This document shows, piece after piece, positions 1-8,933 of a stretch of DNA of 55,395 nucleotides. A program made the translations under genes and the position numbers. Where the stretch lies: assembly GCA_041739995.1 (NCBI GenBank), contig JBGSMV010000025.1, positions 1 to 55,395 on the forward strand, written 5' to 3'. This DNA is from Bdellovibrionota bacterium. Its GTDB lineage: Bacteria; Bdellovibrionota_C; UBA2361; JBGSMV01. Below the pieces are notes generated by a model. That model saw nothing but the letters and a program-made list of their open reading frames with translations. It was not told the origin of the DNA and made no database searches. Within the stretch, counting starts at the first letter, position 1. Each line of letters opens with the position of its first letter.

Positions 1-16
1 CTCATCAAAGAGGCTT

Positions 17-748
17 TCAAACGACATGCCCCCACAACATAATCAACGCCATACTCCAATCATCCAAGAGAAACTGTAGGCGCTCAACCAACAACGCCAT
101 ACGCGCCATCACCGTAGATCCAAAGTAGGCACCAAAGCACAACATCATTAACCAGCGCCCCGATGAAGACACCCCTTTAAGAAACCGAGACTCGGAACGA
201 ATCGAGAAGAAGAAATAATACATCACCGACAACAACGTCAGCACGAACAGCACATTATTGAAGCTCGCCATCCAGTCTACTGCGAATACGCCAGCGGTAC
301 CCTCTTCAAATACTACCAGCGGTTTAAAACTACCTTCTAACTGCGGAAGCATGTAGTTGAAGAACCCTTCGAATGCCAATCCACCACTGGCTCCAAGCAA
401 CAAGCCAATCACGAGCTTGGCCATCCAGGAGCGACGCCTTGAGTAAATTGTATAGAATAAGAGCCCGAAACATGCCGGGAGTAGGTACAACAAGTACATC
501 GGCTCGTAAGGGACCGAAGCGGTGCCATCTGGGAACCAGCGAACTTCCGCCCCTACCATCGGGTCAATTATCTTTGGCCACACAAAGTTCTTGAGCGGCA
601 ACACAACTCCAAAGCCCGCTGCAATACCGATGTAGAGATGCTCAAAAAGTCGATAGAAAGCATTCTCGCCGAATAGGAACGAGAATATGGCAAGCGTGGC
701 GACGCCACCTATCAGCACAATCGCAAGGTTCCAGCCGTCCATCATCAT
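17..748 (-). CDS. Uncharacterised polytopic membrane protein (about 7 TM), last visible gene of the DUF6754-type operon
   Basis: ORF 17..775 trimmed to ATG at 748, which has GGAGG upstream and an ATGA overlap with the stop of 745..1632. Multiple hydrophobic helices; motifs ENAFYRLFEHLYIG and GRWLMMLCFGAYFG. Confidence 0.8.
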   Translation of the reverse strand: MMMDGWNLAIVLIGGVATLAIFSFLFGENAFYRLFEHLYIGIAAGFGVVLPLKNFVWPKIIDPMVGAEVRWFPDGTASVPYEPMYLLYLLPACFGLLFYTIYSRRRSWMAKLVIGLLLGASGGLAFEGFFNYMLPQLEGSFKPLVVFEEGTAGVFAVDWMASFNNVLFVLTLLSVMYYFFFSIRSESRFLKGVSSSGRWLMMLCFGAYFGSTVMARMALLVERLQFLLDDWSMALIMLWGHVV

Positions 749-1632
749 GCGCTGGCACCTCCGCGCGACCACCAAGCGGCGATATTTCCAAGCAGCACTA
801 AGGCGATCACCACCAAGTGCGCCACGCCGATACCAGTCATCATTAGGCTTGAACGATCCGGGGGGCGCCCGATGTAGGCCTCGTCAAGCATGGCAGAATA
901 TGACGCCGCGCCAGCGACTCCTTCCAGTAGTCCCAACATCTGCCCTGAGTCTAAAAAGATGTAGGCTTGAGGAATGGTGATGGAAGTACAGCCGTGAACC
1001 AGAGGCGGGCGATATTTATCAGATTTGAAAAATTGTAGCAGAGTATCCAAAGTGCCAGTGAGGCTAGAGAACTGCGCTACAAGCGAAACGCTCTGAAGGT
1101 CACCTACTCCCTTAAGCATCGAAAAGCCTTTCAAATCATTACCGCGCGCATCCTTACGCAGATAGGTCAGTAAGTTGTCGGCCTTAACGAAGCCTTGAAT
1201 AAACAGACTTGATCCCACCCGGTAGCCAAGATTGACCCAGTCTTTCCCGTATTCCCAAGTCTCTCCCGGGTTCTTTTCCATCAGACGGGCCGCAACAGAA
1301 ATGGGAATAGACTCAAGCAAGGGCTCAGCCTGAAGAAATTGTGAGAGCACTACAAACGGAATTCGTCGGCGCATTAAATGCTCAAGCACTACTTCCGTCT
1401 GGGGGAAGTTCTCGGCTTTCGAGTTCGGTCCGAAGTCAAAGAACACCACCACTATTTTCCCTGCCTCTGGTTGGAGTGCGTTGATGACGTTATAGAAACG
1501 TTTTGCAGAGTGCATAGGAGTAGGCGCTAGCTCCATCTTAAGAATGAGCGGAAGCATCAAGGCCAGCAGCACCAGCAGATAGATCACTCGCCGGTCAAGG
1601 TTGGCGAGCGCTTTGGAAATCGATCGGCTCAT
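745..1632 (-). CDS. Uncharacterised membrane-anchored protein (TM - alpha/beta domain - TM), probable distant paralog of the DUF6754 protein
   Basis: 295 aa. Basic N-terminus (LDRR) then a TM, a soluble domain (YGKDWVNLGY, GQMLGLLEGVAGAASY) and a C-terminal TM. ATGA overlaps on both sides. Confidence 0.8.
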   Translation of the reverse strand: MSRSISKALANLDRRVIYLLVLLALMLPLILKMELAPTPMHSAKRFYNVINALQPEAGKIVVVFFDFGPNSKAENFPQTEVVLEHLMRRRIPFVVLSQFLQAEPLLESIPISVAARLMEKNPGETWEYGKDWVNLGYRVGSSLFIQGFVKADNLLTYLRKDARGNDLKGFSMLKGVGDLQSVSLVAQFSSLTGTLDTLLQFFKSDKYRPPLVHGCTSITIPQAYIFLDSGQMLGLLEGVAGAASYSAMLDEAYIGRPPDRSSLMMTGIGVAHLVVIALVLLGNIAAWWSRGGASA

Positions 1633-2780
1633 TTGAAAGACTCCGATTCAATAGAAAGCCACATACGAAAGGCCATCACGAGACCCGCAACGGAAGCGCC
1701 GATCTCAATTGCACGAGCTGCCCCGGTACTTGGCACTTGCAACAACCATAACCTTACCTCAGGCAATGAATCAGAAATCCACAAGCCAAACGGAATCTGC
1801 CCGAGCATAACGAGCAACGCCGCCATCATCATGAGTAGCGATTCCATAGAACGCACTCGAAAGGCGCGGTATGCAGCGGCACATATATAAAACCCGAGCA
1901 AAGAAAACATCGCCGCTCCGAGCGAGATGAAAAACCCGTCGAACAACACTGAATAGATCCGGCGCAGCAATGACGTGCGATAACTGGCCTCCTGCAAGCC
2001 TTGATATGCGCTCGCCACTTTACCAAGCGCCCGCCCCAACGCCAAAACCGGTTCTCCAGAAAACACCACCGGCGCGCTCTCCTGGCCCACTCCCTCAACT
2101 ACTCCACCGACTACTCCACCGACTACCGGCAACTCTGACGGAATCTGCACCCTGGCACTCTGAAGCACCTGCAAGGCCTCGACATATTCCTTCTCAGCAC
2201 GATCAAGTAACGCGAGCTCAGCGGTTCCACCGTGAGCCCTCACCCGTGCGACTGCTTCGTCACGCTCATGCTCAATAGTAGGTAATAAATCGTCCAGTGC
2301 GTGGCGCAAAAACTGAACTCGCACTTCAGGGGTACGAGGAGCGATAGCCAAAGCACCAAGCGCCGCAGCGTTCTCCGACACATGCGCAGCCTCATACTTC
2401 GGAACGATACCTTCGGCTGCATCGCTCACAATTCCTTCCGAGAACTGTTTAAGCACCAAAAGTCGCTCTGTATTACGATAAATGCCAGAAGTCGCCTGCC
2501 AATCGAGAAACGTCACCGTCAGCATTAAGAACAAGCCGAACAGCAACGCAGTGCTCGCACTCCAGCCGCGTCTCAAATAGAGCAAGCGCGATCCATGCAC
2601 CATCAACAGGTTAATAAGGCCAAGGGCCAGAGCCATGGCGCCTACTAAAACAAAACCATCTGAAATTTGCTCATGGTATTGGGAAAATCCACTGGCTTCG
2701 GGAAGAACGAACTTCAGAAAGAAGTACAGGCCTCCGAGGAAGGTGACTAGTCGTATGAGGACAACGCGAACCCCCATCAC
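1629..2780 (-). CDS. Uncharacterised polytopic membrane protein with a large helical loop
   Basis: 383 aa: about 3 N-terminal TMs, a ~170 aa Ala/Glu/Leu-rich loop, then C-terminal TMs (AAAYRAFRVRS, GAARAIEIGASVAG). Abuts the stop of the upstream gene. Confidence 0.8.
   Translation of the reverse strand: MMGVRVVLIRLVTFLGGLYFFLKFVLPEASGFSQYHEQISDGFVLVGAMALALGLINLLMVHGSRLLYLRRGWSASTALLFGLFLMLTVTFLDWQATSGIYRNTERLLVLKQFSEGIVSDAAEGIVPKYEAAHVSENAAALGALAIAPRTPEVRVQFLRHALDDLLPTIEHERDEAVARVRAHGGTAELALLDRAEKEYVEALQVLQSARVQIPSELPVVGGVVGGVVEGVGQESAPVVFSGEPVLALGRALGKVASAYQGLQEASYRTSLLRRIYSVLFDGFFISLGAAMFSLLGFYICAAAYRAFRVRSMESLLMMMAALLVMLGQIPFGLWISDSLPEVRLWLLQVPSTGAARAIEIGASVAGLVMAFRMWLSIESESFK
2098..2126. 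repeat. In-frame 12-bp tandem repeat (ACTACTCCACCG x2 plus partial) encoding VVGG-VVGG-VV
   Basis: Seen directly at 2098-2109, 2110-2121 and partially after. Confidence 0.8.
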
Positions 2781-3587
2781 CTACCAAGCCTCCAGACGCA
2801 AAACCTCTACGACGTTAATAATCGAACTCCATCCATAGATTGCGGCAAACGAATTATAGGTCGCAATTACTACGCCTAAGATTATCAAACAGAAGAACAC
2901 CAGCTTTGCTCGGTCTTGTCCGTACAAACTACCGAGTTGCACCGGCTCTTTGGTGAGATACGCGGCCGCGCCGTAGAGCTCTTCGCCTATCAAGGTATAG
3001 TCACAAGTACAGATAAAATAAGGAACTTGCTCAGGTGAAAGACTCGCTGCTACCTGCATGGCACCCACCTGCTGCCCCGCTTCCGCCAGCATCAATGACT
3101 CAGCGGCAAAGGCACCAAACAGAAACGCGGCTCCAACGTTTTCACGTTGAATCAGCCCCATATATCCAGCAGCAAAGGCGAACTGTTCTTCGGAAAGAAA
3201 CACTACATTCTTAGAGTCGAAAAAAGCAGCTTTGCCTTCAACGCGATACGCGTCACGTAAAGTGTCTTCGACCACCGCCACCACTTGGGGGTCATTCTGT
3301 GGGATAAGTAAGCGAGAGCCGTAACGAGCAGCTTTCCTCGCCACATGAAAAAGCACACCGAGACATGCGTATAGGGCCGGGGTTATAGAGAGCAGTCCAG
3401 TAGAGAACGACATCGGGCGGCCGATTTCAGCCGCACGCCCAGTCGCCTCGTCGATGGCATCAATACCGGCGATTCGTCTCACGTAAAGCGGGGCGCCAGT
3501 CCGTGCGTAGCGGATGTACCATATCACTGGCCCGATCAATGCGACCATCAAAAGAAGAATTCCTAAAGTGGCGTGGTCAACTCCCAT
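2781..3587 (-). CDS. DUF6754-like domain membrane protein
   Basis: ORF 2781..3704 trimmed to ATG at 3587 (GGGAG upstream, overlap with the upstream gene). Motifs VRRIAGIDAIDEATGRAAEIGRP, FLSEEQFAFAAG, AESLMLAEAG and CDYTLIGEELYGAAAYL match my recollection of DUF6754 proteins. Confidence 0.75.
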   Translation of the reverse strand: MGVDHATLGILLLMVALIGPVIWYIRYARTGAPLYVRRIAGIDAIDEATGRAAEIGRPMSFSTGLLSITPALYACLGVLFHVARKAARYGSRLLIPQNDPQVVAVVEDTLRDAYRVEGKAAFFDSKNVVFLSEEQFAFAAGYMGLIQRENVGAAFLFGAFAAESLMLAEAGQQVGAMQVAASLSPEQVPYFICTCDYTLIGEELYGAAAYLTKEPVQLGSLYGQDRAKLVFFCLIILGVVIATYNSFAAIYGWSSIINVVEVLRLEAW

Positions 3588-3978
3588 GCGTAGGTCTCCC
3601 CATTTCACTTTGCGCGCGTTCTCTTTTTCGAAGGAGCGCCATGAAGGAGTTGAGTCGTTGGGGGTCCGACAGCACTTGCATGAAAGGGTTGATGTTGCGA
3701 CCACCTACCAAGGCTCTCAAGGTGGGCTCAAGAATCAGAGCGCTGGCATGCGCAAGCCCACGGAGCGGACGATGCATCTCAAGCAGCATGAGTGCCGGCA
3801 TGAGAAGTCTACGTGACTCAATCCAATCCACCATTTTAAGAAGCAAAGGGTCGCAATCACCACTAAGGATCGCAGAAGAATCAGGCGGGTCTCCTAACCC
3901 AGGCGAGCGGATCGACGCCTCGTTCTCTTGAGACGAATCAAAAGCAGCATCAATGGGTTGAAATTCTAGTGGGCGCAT
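3577..3978 (-). CDS. Small uncharacterised amphipathic protein, first gene of the DUF6754-type operon
   Basis: 133 aa with core RRLLMPALMLLEMHRPL...LEP. Its stop overlaps the next start by 11 nt. Confidence 0.65.
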   Translation of the reverse strand: MRPLEFQPIDAAFDSSQENEASIRSPGLGDPPDSSAILSGDCDPLLLKMVDWIESRRLLMPALMLLEMHRPLRGLAHASALILEPTLRALVGGRNINPFMQVLSDPQRLNSFMALLRKRERAQSEMGRPTHGS

Positions 3979-4301
3979 ATCGTTTGCACCAAAGAGGATA
4001 GCGGAACCTTTTCAATCCAGAAACCCACCGAACGGAGCCATTCACGGCTTAGAGTATGCCGACGAGGCTAGTATATCGGCTTAAAAACACTGAATGGCGG
4101 TGGCCCCTGAACACTCGCCGCGACCTAAGGCGCCGTGCTCAATTCGCTCGTCAACACAGAGAATAAGGGCGGGAAATACAAACAAACCCTCTTTGATACC
4201 CGACTTATTGCAGTGAATAAGGGGGGTGAAAAAGAGGGCCTGATATTGAGCTTCCCCCGTGACCTCCTATGGAAAAAGTATCACCCAGGGTGCGCAGTAC
4301 T

Positions 4302-4859
4302 TTAGAAGAATCCCTTAATGTATCCTCCAACCTTTCCGAGGATTTTCGCAATTTTTCCTGGCCCAACGGCTTCAAAAATGTCACCTAGAACTCCGCTAAT
4401 GGAGAGGCCTTCTTCGTCACCCTCCCCTTTGCTAAACATCCCGGTCACAAAGTCATAGGCATCAGATAGAAAACCACCGATGCCGGAGGACTCTTTCTCT
4501 GCTGAGGGTGCTCCCGATACTCCGCCGGCTCCTCCACCCACTTGGCTAGACTGGCTACCAGGCAACAAGCCAGGCCCTGATGAAGCTGCCCCTGCCTGTC
4601 CACCATTGAAAAGCGACATTACCAGGCTTGAGAGTACGTTGACGACCTGCGTCAGAGTTTGAACCAGCGCAGCCACAATGCCCTCGAGCCCACCGCCCAA
4701 ACCTGGCGTCACTACCCCTCCCATCTGAGGCGGGGCGAAGCCAATCGAGGGCTGAGTGGACCTCGTCGGCCAATTACCCATAGTCGGGTCGCACCCCCCT
4801 GGCATGATCGAATTTGCTTGGGTCGACGGCATCGAAAAATTCGGATTAACATTATTCAT
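4302..4859 (-). CDS. Orphan Gly/Ser-rich low-complexity protein with amphipathic helices (harpin-like composition)
   Basis: Strong SD GGAGGA just before ATG at 4859. Helices LEGIVAALVQTLTQVVNVLSSLVMSLF and ISGVLGDIFEAVG...ILGKVGGYIKGFF; no Sec signal. Confidence 0.75.
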   Translation of the reverse strand: MNNVNPNFSMPSTQANSIMPGGCDPTMGNWPTRSTQPSIGFAPPQMGGVVTPGLGGGLEGIVAALVQTLTQVVNVLSSLVMSLFNGGQAGAASSGPGLLPGSQSSQVGGGAGGVSGAPSAEKESSGIGGFLSDAYDFVTGMFSKGEGDEEGLSISGVLGDIFEAVGPGKIAKILGKVGGYIKGFF

Positions 4860-5010
4860 AATTCCTCCAATGTCTTTTGTTGCCTCAAGTCGCATTACCG
4901 AAACCCTCTCAACAGGAGTAGGGTCGCGACTTAGGGATTAAAAATGTAACGGCGCCCTCCTTTGTTCGGCGAAAGAGAAGAAAAGTTTCCTCTCGCAGTT
5001 TCTTTTGCCT

Positions 5011-5048
5011 TAGCATGGTCGTGAGAAGCTCTTTTCACGACCATGCTA
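5011..5048. repeat. Perfect 14-bp inverted repeat (TAGCATGGTCGTGA / TCACGACCATGCTA)
   Basis: Arms at 5011-5024 and 5035-5048 are exact reverse complements; no U-tail on either strand. Confidence 0.85.
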
Positions 5049-5257
5049 GGGAGGACAGCATGTCCGACCGCGGACTGAAGCAAAGCGTAAGTACGCGAAG
5101 CGACGCGGATTTCGCGCCGCTCGTCGCGCGAAAAGAGCTTGGAGCGAGGGAAAGGTGCCAATGAGGGCACTTTTCACCAGCCTGTTAGAGGCTATATGTC
5201 GAAGGTTGTGGATCCTGCGGGGACGTCGTCGTCTGTACCTGTTGTGGGCATAGACTC

Positions 5258-6313
5258 TTAGCGTAGATAGTCGTCAGGGGTTTCAGCGCTCGCCCCCGGC
5301 TTCTTCAGGGGGGCGGAACCTAAAGGAGCCTCAGCGCCTTGATTGCCGCGCCTCAGTTGCTCAATTTCACTATATAATTGTTGCAGGTTGAGGCCACGCG
5401 CCCGGTCAATCACTTCCAACTTATATCTAAGCTCCTGCTCTGACTCTGCTCGCCGCAGCCCCTCAGAGCCTTCCGTCTCCTTGGCGAGCGCCACGAGTTC
5501 AGCAATCTGAGTGGTGAGCTGTCGCTCTCGGGAGGCAAAGTTTCGCGGATCGGGAAGTGCCTTCGCCCCCTTCACGAATCCTTGCAGGTTCTCCTGATCG
5601 ACTTGCAAATCATCAATCAACTGCCGCGTACGCTTAAAGTCTTCTCGCACTTCAACGATTCTGGCCAAATCAGCAATAATGTCAGCGTCGGCTCGCAAGC
5701 GCCTCAATTCAGCTTCAAGCGCGTCGACCTGCAGCTGTTGTTCTCTAACCTGAGACTTCTGGAGACTCAAAGCCTCGTAAAGAGCATCAGTGCGTCCCCC
5801 AAAGAGTCTCGCATCACTTACCGAAAGTTCGCGCGGCGAGAGACTCGCGAAGCGATTTCCCTCGGCAGCAATGATAACCGCATAACTCACAGACTCGGCC
5901 CCGCGTGGGACGCGCACCTGCACCCCAGCTCTCCACACAAGCATCCCCTGAGCACCGTCAACTTTAGCGGCAACCTTAGAAACACCCTTAGAAACCTCCG
6001 ATTCCTTAGCTTCGAACGGTGGCAAAAGTTGCGCTTGGTATCGCTCAAAGCGGGGAGCAGCATCGTCCCCTGACGAAACTAGCTCTGCACTAGAAACTGC
6101 AGGTGAAAAGGCTACCAGGAAAAACACTTGCTGCGGCGTAAAAGGAGTTCGGATAACTTCGTCCAGAAGCAATGTCTCGGTACGGTATTCACTCAGCGGC
6201 GTCTGAGCGACCGCAGCACCCACGTTGAAAACAAAGACGAGCAAGAAAAAGCACACTACAAGGTGGCTTGGCACCAAGACACGCAGCACTAAGAAACAAC
6301 TTCGACTTGTCAT
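5258..6313 (-). CDS. Hypothetical exported protein with a C-terminal coiled coil
   Basis: 351 aa; N-terminal hydrophobic signal ending AVA-Q; heptad-like E/Q/L/R-rich C-terminal half; ATGA overlap with the upstream gene. Confidence 0.7.
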   Translation of the reverse strand: MTSRSCFLVLRVLVPSHLVVCFFLLVFVFNVGAAVAQTPLSEYRTETLLLDEVIRTPFTPQQVFFLVAFSPAVSSAELVSSGDDAAPRFERYQAQLLPPFEAKESEVSKGVSKVAAKVDGAQGMLVWRAGVQVRVPRGAESVSYAVIIAAEGNRFASLSPRELSVSDARLFGGRTDALYEALSLQKSQVREQQLQVDALEAELRRLRADADIIADLARIVEVREDFKRTRQLIDDLQVDQENLQGFVKGAKALPDPRNFASRERQLTTQIAELVALAKETEGSEGLRRAESEQELRYKLEVIDRARGLNLQQLYSEIEQLRRGNQGAEAPLGSAPLKKPGASAETPDDYLR

Positions 6314-7494
6314 TGCACGCCTCCCCTTACAGGAGACGCTCTACCGTCGGCCTTAGTCCGAGCAGCTTTACCGCCGAGAGAACCAGGCCTTAAACTACCG
6401 CGTGTTTCTGCGGACGGCTCCACCGCTTGACTGATGCCTCTTTGAGCGCGCAACTGACTTATTTCAGCTTGAAGGCTTAGCGCTTCTTGAGCGCGAATAA
6501 ATTCCTGCTCAAGATCTGCGGTGGAGGTTCCGGCCTGTGCGCGCCGCATGGATTCGACAATTCGCCCTTCCCGCTCCAGCGACTCACGCGCCAAGCCCAC
6601 TAGTCGGCCTTGCGGAGTCACCTTTTGTGAAACTTCAAGGGCCTCTTCAAGCGCTCGCACCTCTTTGCGCTCCTGCTCAAGTTCTCTCTGCGCCTCTTCC
6701 AACTCGCCTCGAAGTGTCGCAAATCTGCTATTGGCACGAGTTCTTAGCTCTTGGCCTTCAGACAACATGGCGCTGAGCTTTTCTATCTCTGCTCGTTGCG
6801 CAGGAAGTCGCTGCGTTAGTTGATCAAGCCTCTCGACCCCTGTTTCCAACTCAGCGCGAAGCATGAGCCATCGCCGCACCTCAGCCGCATTCGATTCAAT
6901 ATCAATGGGAGGAGAGCGGAGTGGCTCAAGCCGCCAGCTGCCTTCGCGGTTCGAACTAATATTTCTAGCCTGCCCCACGAATCCCTTGGCGTCACGCTCT
7001 CCGCCTATCAGCTCAAGCTGCATTTCCCCGTCAGAAAGCAAAAGCGGCAAATACGAGCGAGACGCTTGGTCTCCTGATTCATCTGCACTGAAAAGGACAG
7101 TCGATCGAATTTGCGGTTCCCATCCCGGACGGAGCACCACCACAAACATCTCATCACTCTCAGGGGCACGCTCCACATAGACAGGAACTGAGCCTTGCTT
7201 AGCGAAAACGCCCTTAATGCTTCCAATATAGCTTCCCGGCGGAAGCCATACGAAGCGCTTCCCCGTATCAAGATAAAGCCAGGCGCCAAGCCCGAAACAA
7301 GCGAATAGAAAGAGGCTCGCTAGGATGCGCAGTCCCCAGCGCTTTCCTGAATGTCCGAAAGGCGAATTTCGCCCACGCCGCGCGGCGCCCTCTCTGCTCT
7401 GATCGCCGGCAGCATCAGACCAATCCGAAGTTCGCCCTCGCGCTTCACCGCCAGAAGAAGAGGATGAACCGCCTATATCAGAATGAGATGTCAC
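6310..7494 (-). CDS. Hypothetical single-pass membrane protein with a long coiled coil
   Basis: 394 aa: disordered N-terminus, one TM (ILASLFLFACFGLGAWLYL), a beta-rich domain, then a long coiled coil. Confidence 0.7.
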   Translation of the reverse strand: MTSHSDIGGSSSSSGGEARGRTSDWSDAAGDQSREGAARRGRNSPFGHSGKRWGLRILASLFLFACFGLGAWLYLDTGKRFVWLPPGSYIGSIKGVFAKQGSVPVYVERAPESDEMFVVVLRPGWEPQIRSTVLFSADESGDQASRSYLPLLLSDGEMQLELIGGERDAKGFVGQARNISSNREGSWRLEPLRSPPIDIESNAAEVRRWLMLRAELETGVERLDQLTQRLPAQRAEIEKLSAMLSEGQELRTRANSRFATLRGELEEAQRELEQERKEVRALEEALEVSQKVTPQGRLVGLARESLEREGRIVESMRRAQAGTSTADLEQEFIRAQEALSLQAEISQLRAQRGISQAVEPSAETRGSLRPGSLGGKAARTKADGRASPVRGGVQ

Positions 7495-7501
7495 TAGAAG
7501 C

Positions 7502-8281
7502 TTATTCCCGTATTACTTTTGCTGGCGATCCTGCTACCACCGCTCCGGCCGGCACATCAGAACGCACCAGACTGTGAGCACCAACAATGGCCCCTTCTCC
7601 TATCGAGACCCCGTCAAGAATGGTAGTGCGCGCCCCAATCCAGGCATTCTTGCCAATAGTAACTCCACCCTTAATCTCCATCGGTCGCTCGATGAGCGGA
7701 GTTGTGTGGTCGCCTTCTTGATGATTGCCAGGCCCAATATAACAGTAGGCTGCTATCAGCACACTCTCATGAATCTCAATGCGAGACTGAGTCGCAATGC
7801 GACAATATGAGCCAATATTAACGCCTCGATGCGCCACAATCGCGCCGCCCTTGGCAGCAAGCGTAGTAAAACGCCCCACACTTACGAAATCTTCAAGGGT
7901 CAGAGATGCTCCGTTTCCACGCGCATCCAACACAGCAGAATCGTCAACCAGGACCTTTTTCCCAAAAGTAATAGAGCGAGGATTACGCAGTACCACCCCA
8001 CGACCGATGGCAGGGCGCCCTCCGCATTGCCGGAACATGGTGGGATAGAGCGTCGAACGCAATGCAAATCCGAGCAATCCGGGTAAGTTCGTTCCGAGAA
8101 AAGTACAAAGCTCAAACCAGATAAGAAATGGAATTGATTGATTGCCTACTGTTATCTCCCGATAGAGCGACAGCGGGGATTCAAGTCCAGCGATTACATG
8201 TCTCTGTTGCGGAGTAATAGACGGAGCTGCATTAGGGCTGCCGACCCCCGGGCTCAACTCTTTCTCTCGGGTCTGCGTCAT
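7502..8281 (-). CDS. Left-handed beta-helix (hexapeptide repeat) O-acyltransferase
   Basis: Hexapeptide repeats and C-terminal GVTIGKNAWIGARTTILDGVSIGEGAIVGAHSLV...AGSPAKVIR. Start taken at ATG 8281 (ATGA overlap, GGAGAGG upstream). Confidence 0.9.
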   Translation of the reverse strand: MTQTREKELSPGVGSPNAAPSITPQQRHVIAGLESPLSLYREITVGNQSIPFLIWFELCTFLGTNLPGLLGFALRSTLYPTMFRQCGGRPAIGRGVVLRNPRSITFGKKVLVDDSAVLDARGNGASLTLEDFVSVGRFTTLAAKGGAIVAHRGVNIGSYCRIATQSRIEIHESVLIAAYCYIGPGNHQEGDHTTPLIERPMEIKGGVTIGKNAWIGARTTILDGVSIGEGAIVGAHSLVRSDVPAGAVVAGSPAKVIRE

Positions 8282-8883
8282 ACCTCTCCTGCTTCCATGC
8301 GATACGGACGCACACACTGCAAGAACCGCTGCGCTCGCTCGAGAGCAATAACACTCATCGCATCTGTAATGTCGCCTCTACGAACCATCGCAACCGCATC
8401 ATCTAGCGTTTCATGACGGATAGAAAGCACTTCCGTTACGTCTGGGCATGCGTCCGTTTTGGTAAGTTCCCACGCCAAAAACAGCACCGCACGCTCATTG
8501 GTAAAGGAGTTGCTCAAGTGCACCTCGGGACCAAGCTGCATGACTTGCTGAGCGACTAATCCGGCTTCCTCTCGAAGCTCTCGACGAACTGCATCAATTG
8601 CAGCCTCGTCCTTGTGGGCTGCCCCTTCGACAATCTCCCAAGAATATCCTTGGGTAGGGTAGCGATATTGCCCCACCAATACCACCTGACCCCGCTTGCC
8701 AAGCGCCACCACTCCGGTTGCAACTGCTGTTTCAACAACTCCGTATATTCCAGGCTCGCCGTTCGGACAGCGCACCTGGTCTTCACGCACCCGAATCCAG
8801 GCATTCTCGTATACACACTTAGACGAAAGAGTAGTCCAGGGATTCTCCGTGGAGGCTGGTTTCTCTGATGGAAGCTGATTCAT
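8278..8883 (-). CDS. Nudix hydrolase (ADP-ribose pyrophosphatase-like)
   Basis: Nudix box G-AAHKD-E-AAIDAVR-RELREEAG, preceded by QYRYP...WEI. Confidence 0.9.
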   Translation of the reverse strand: MNQLPSEKPASTENPWTTLSSKCVYENAWIRVREDQVRCPNGEPGIYGVVETAVATGVVALGKRGQVVLVGQYRYPTQGYSWEIVEGAAHKDEAAIDAVRRELREEAGLVAQQVMQLGPEVHLSNSFTNERAVLFLAWELTKTDACPDVTEVLSIRHETLDDAVAMVRRGDITDAMSVIALERAQRFLQCVRPYRMEAGEV

Positions 8884-8933
8884 GAACTAAACTTTTACTG
8901 GCGTGAAGCTTTTACCGGTGTGAAGTTGGCCCA

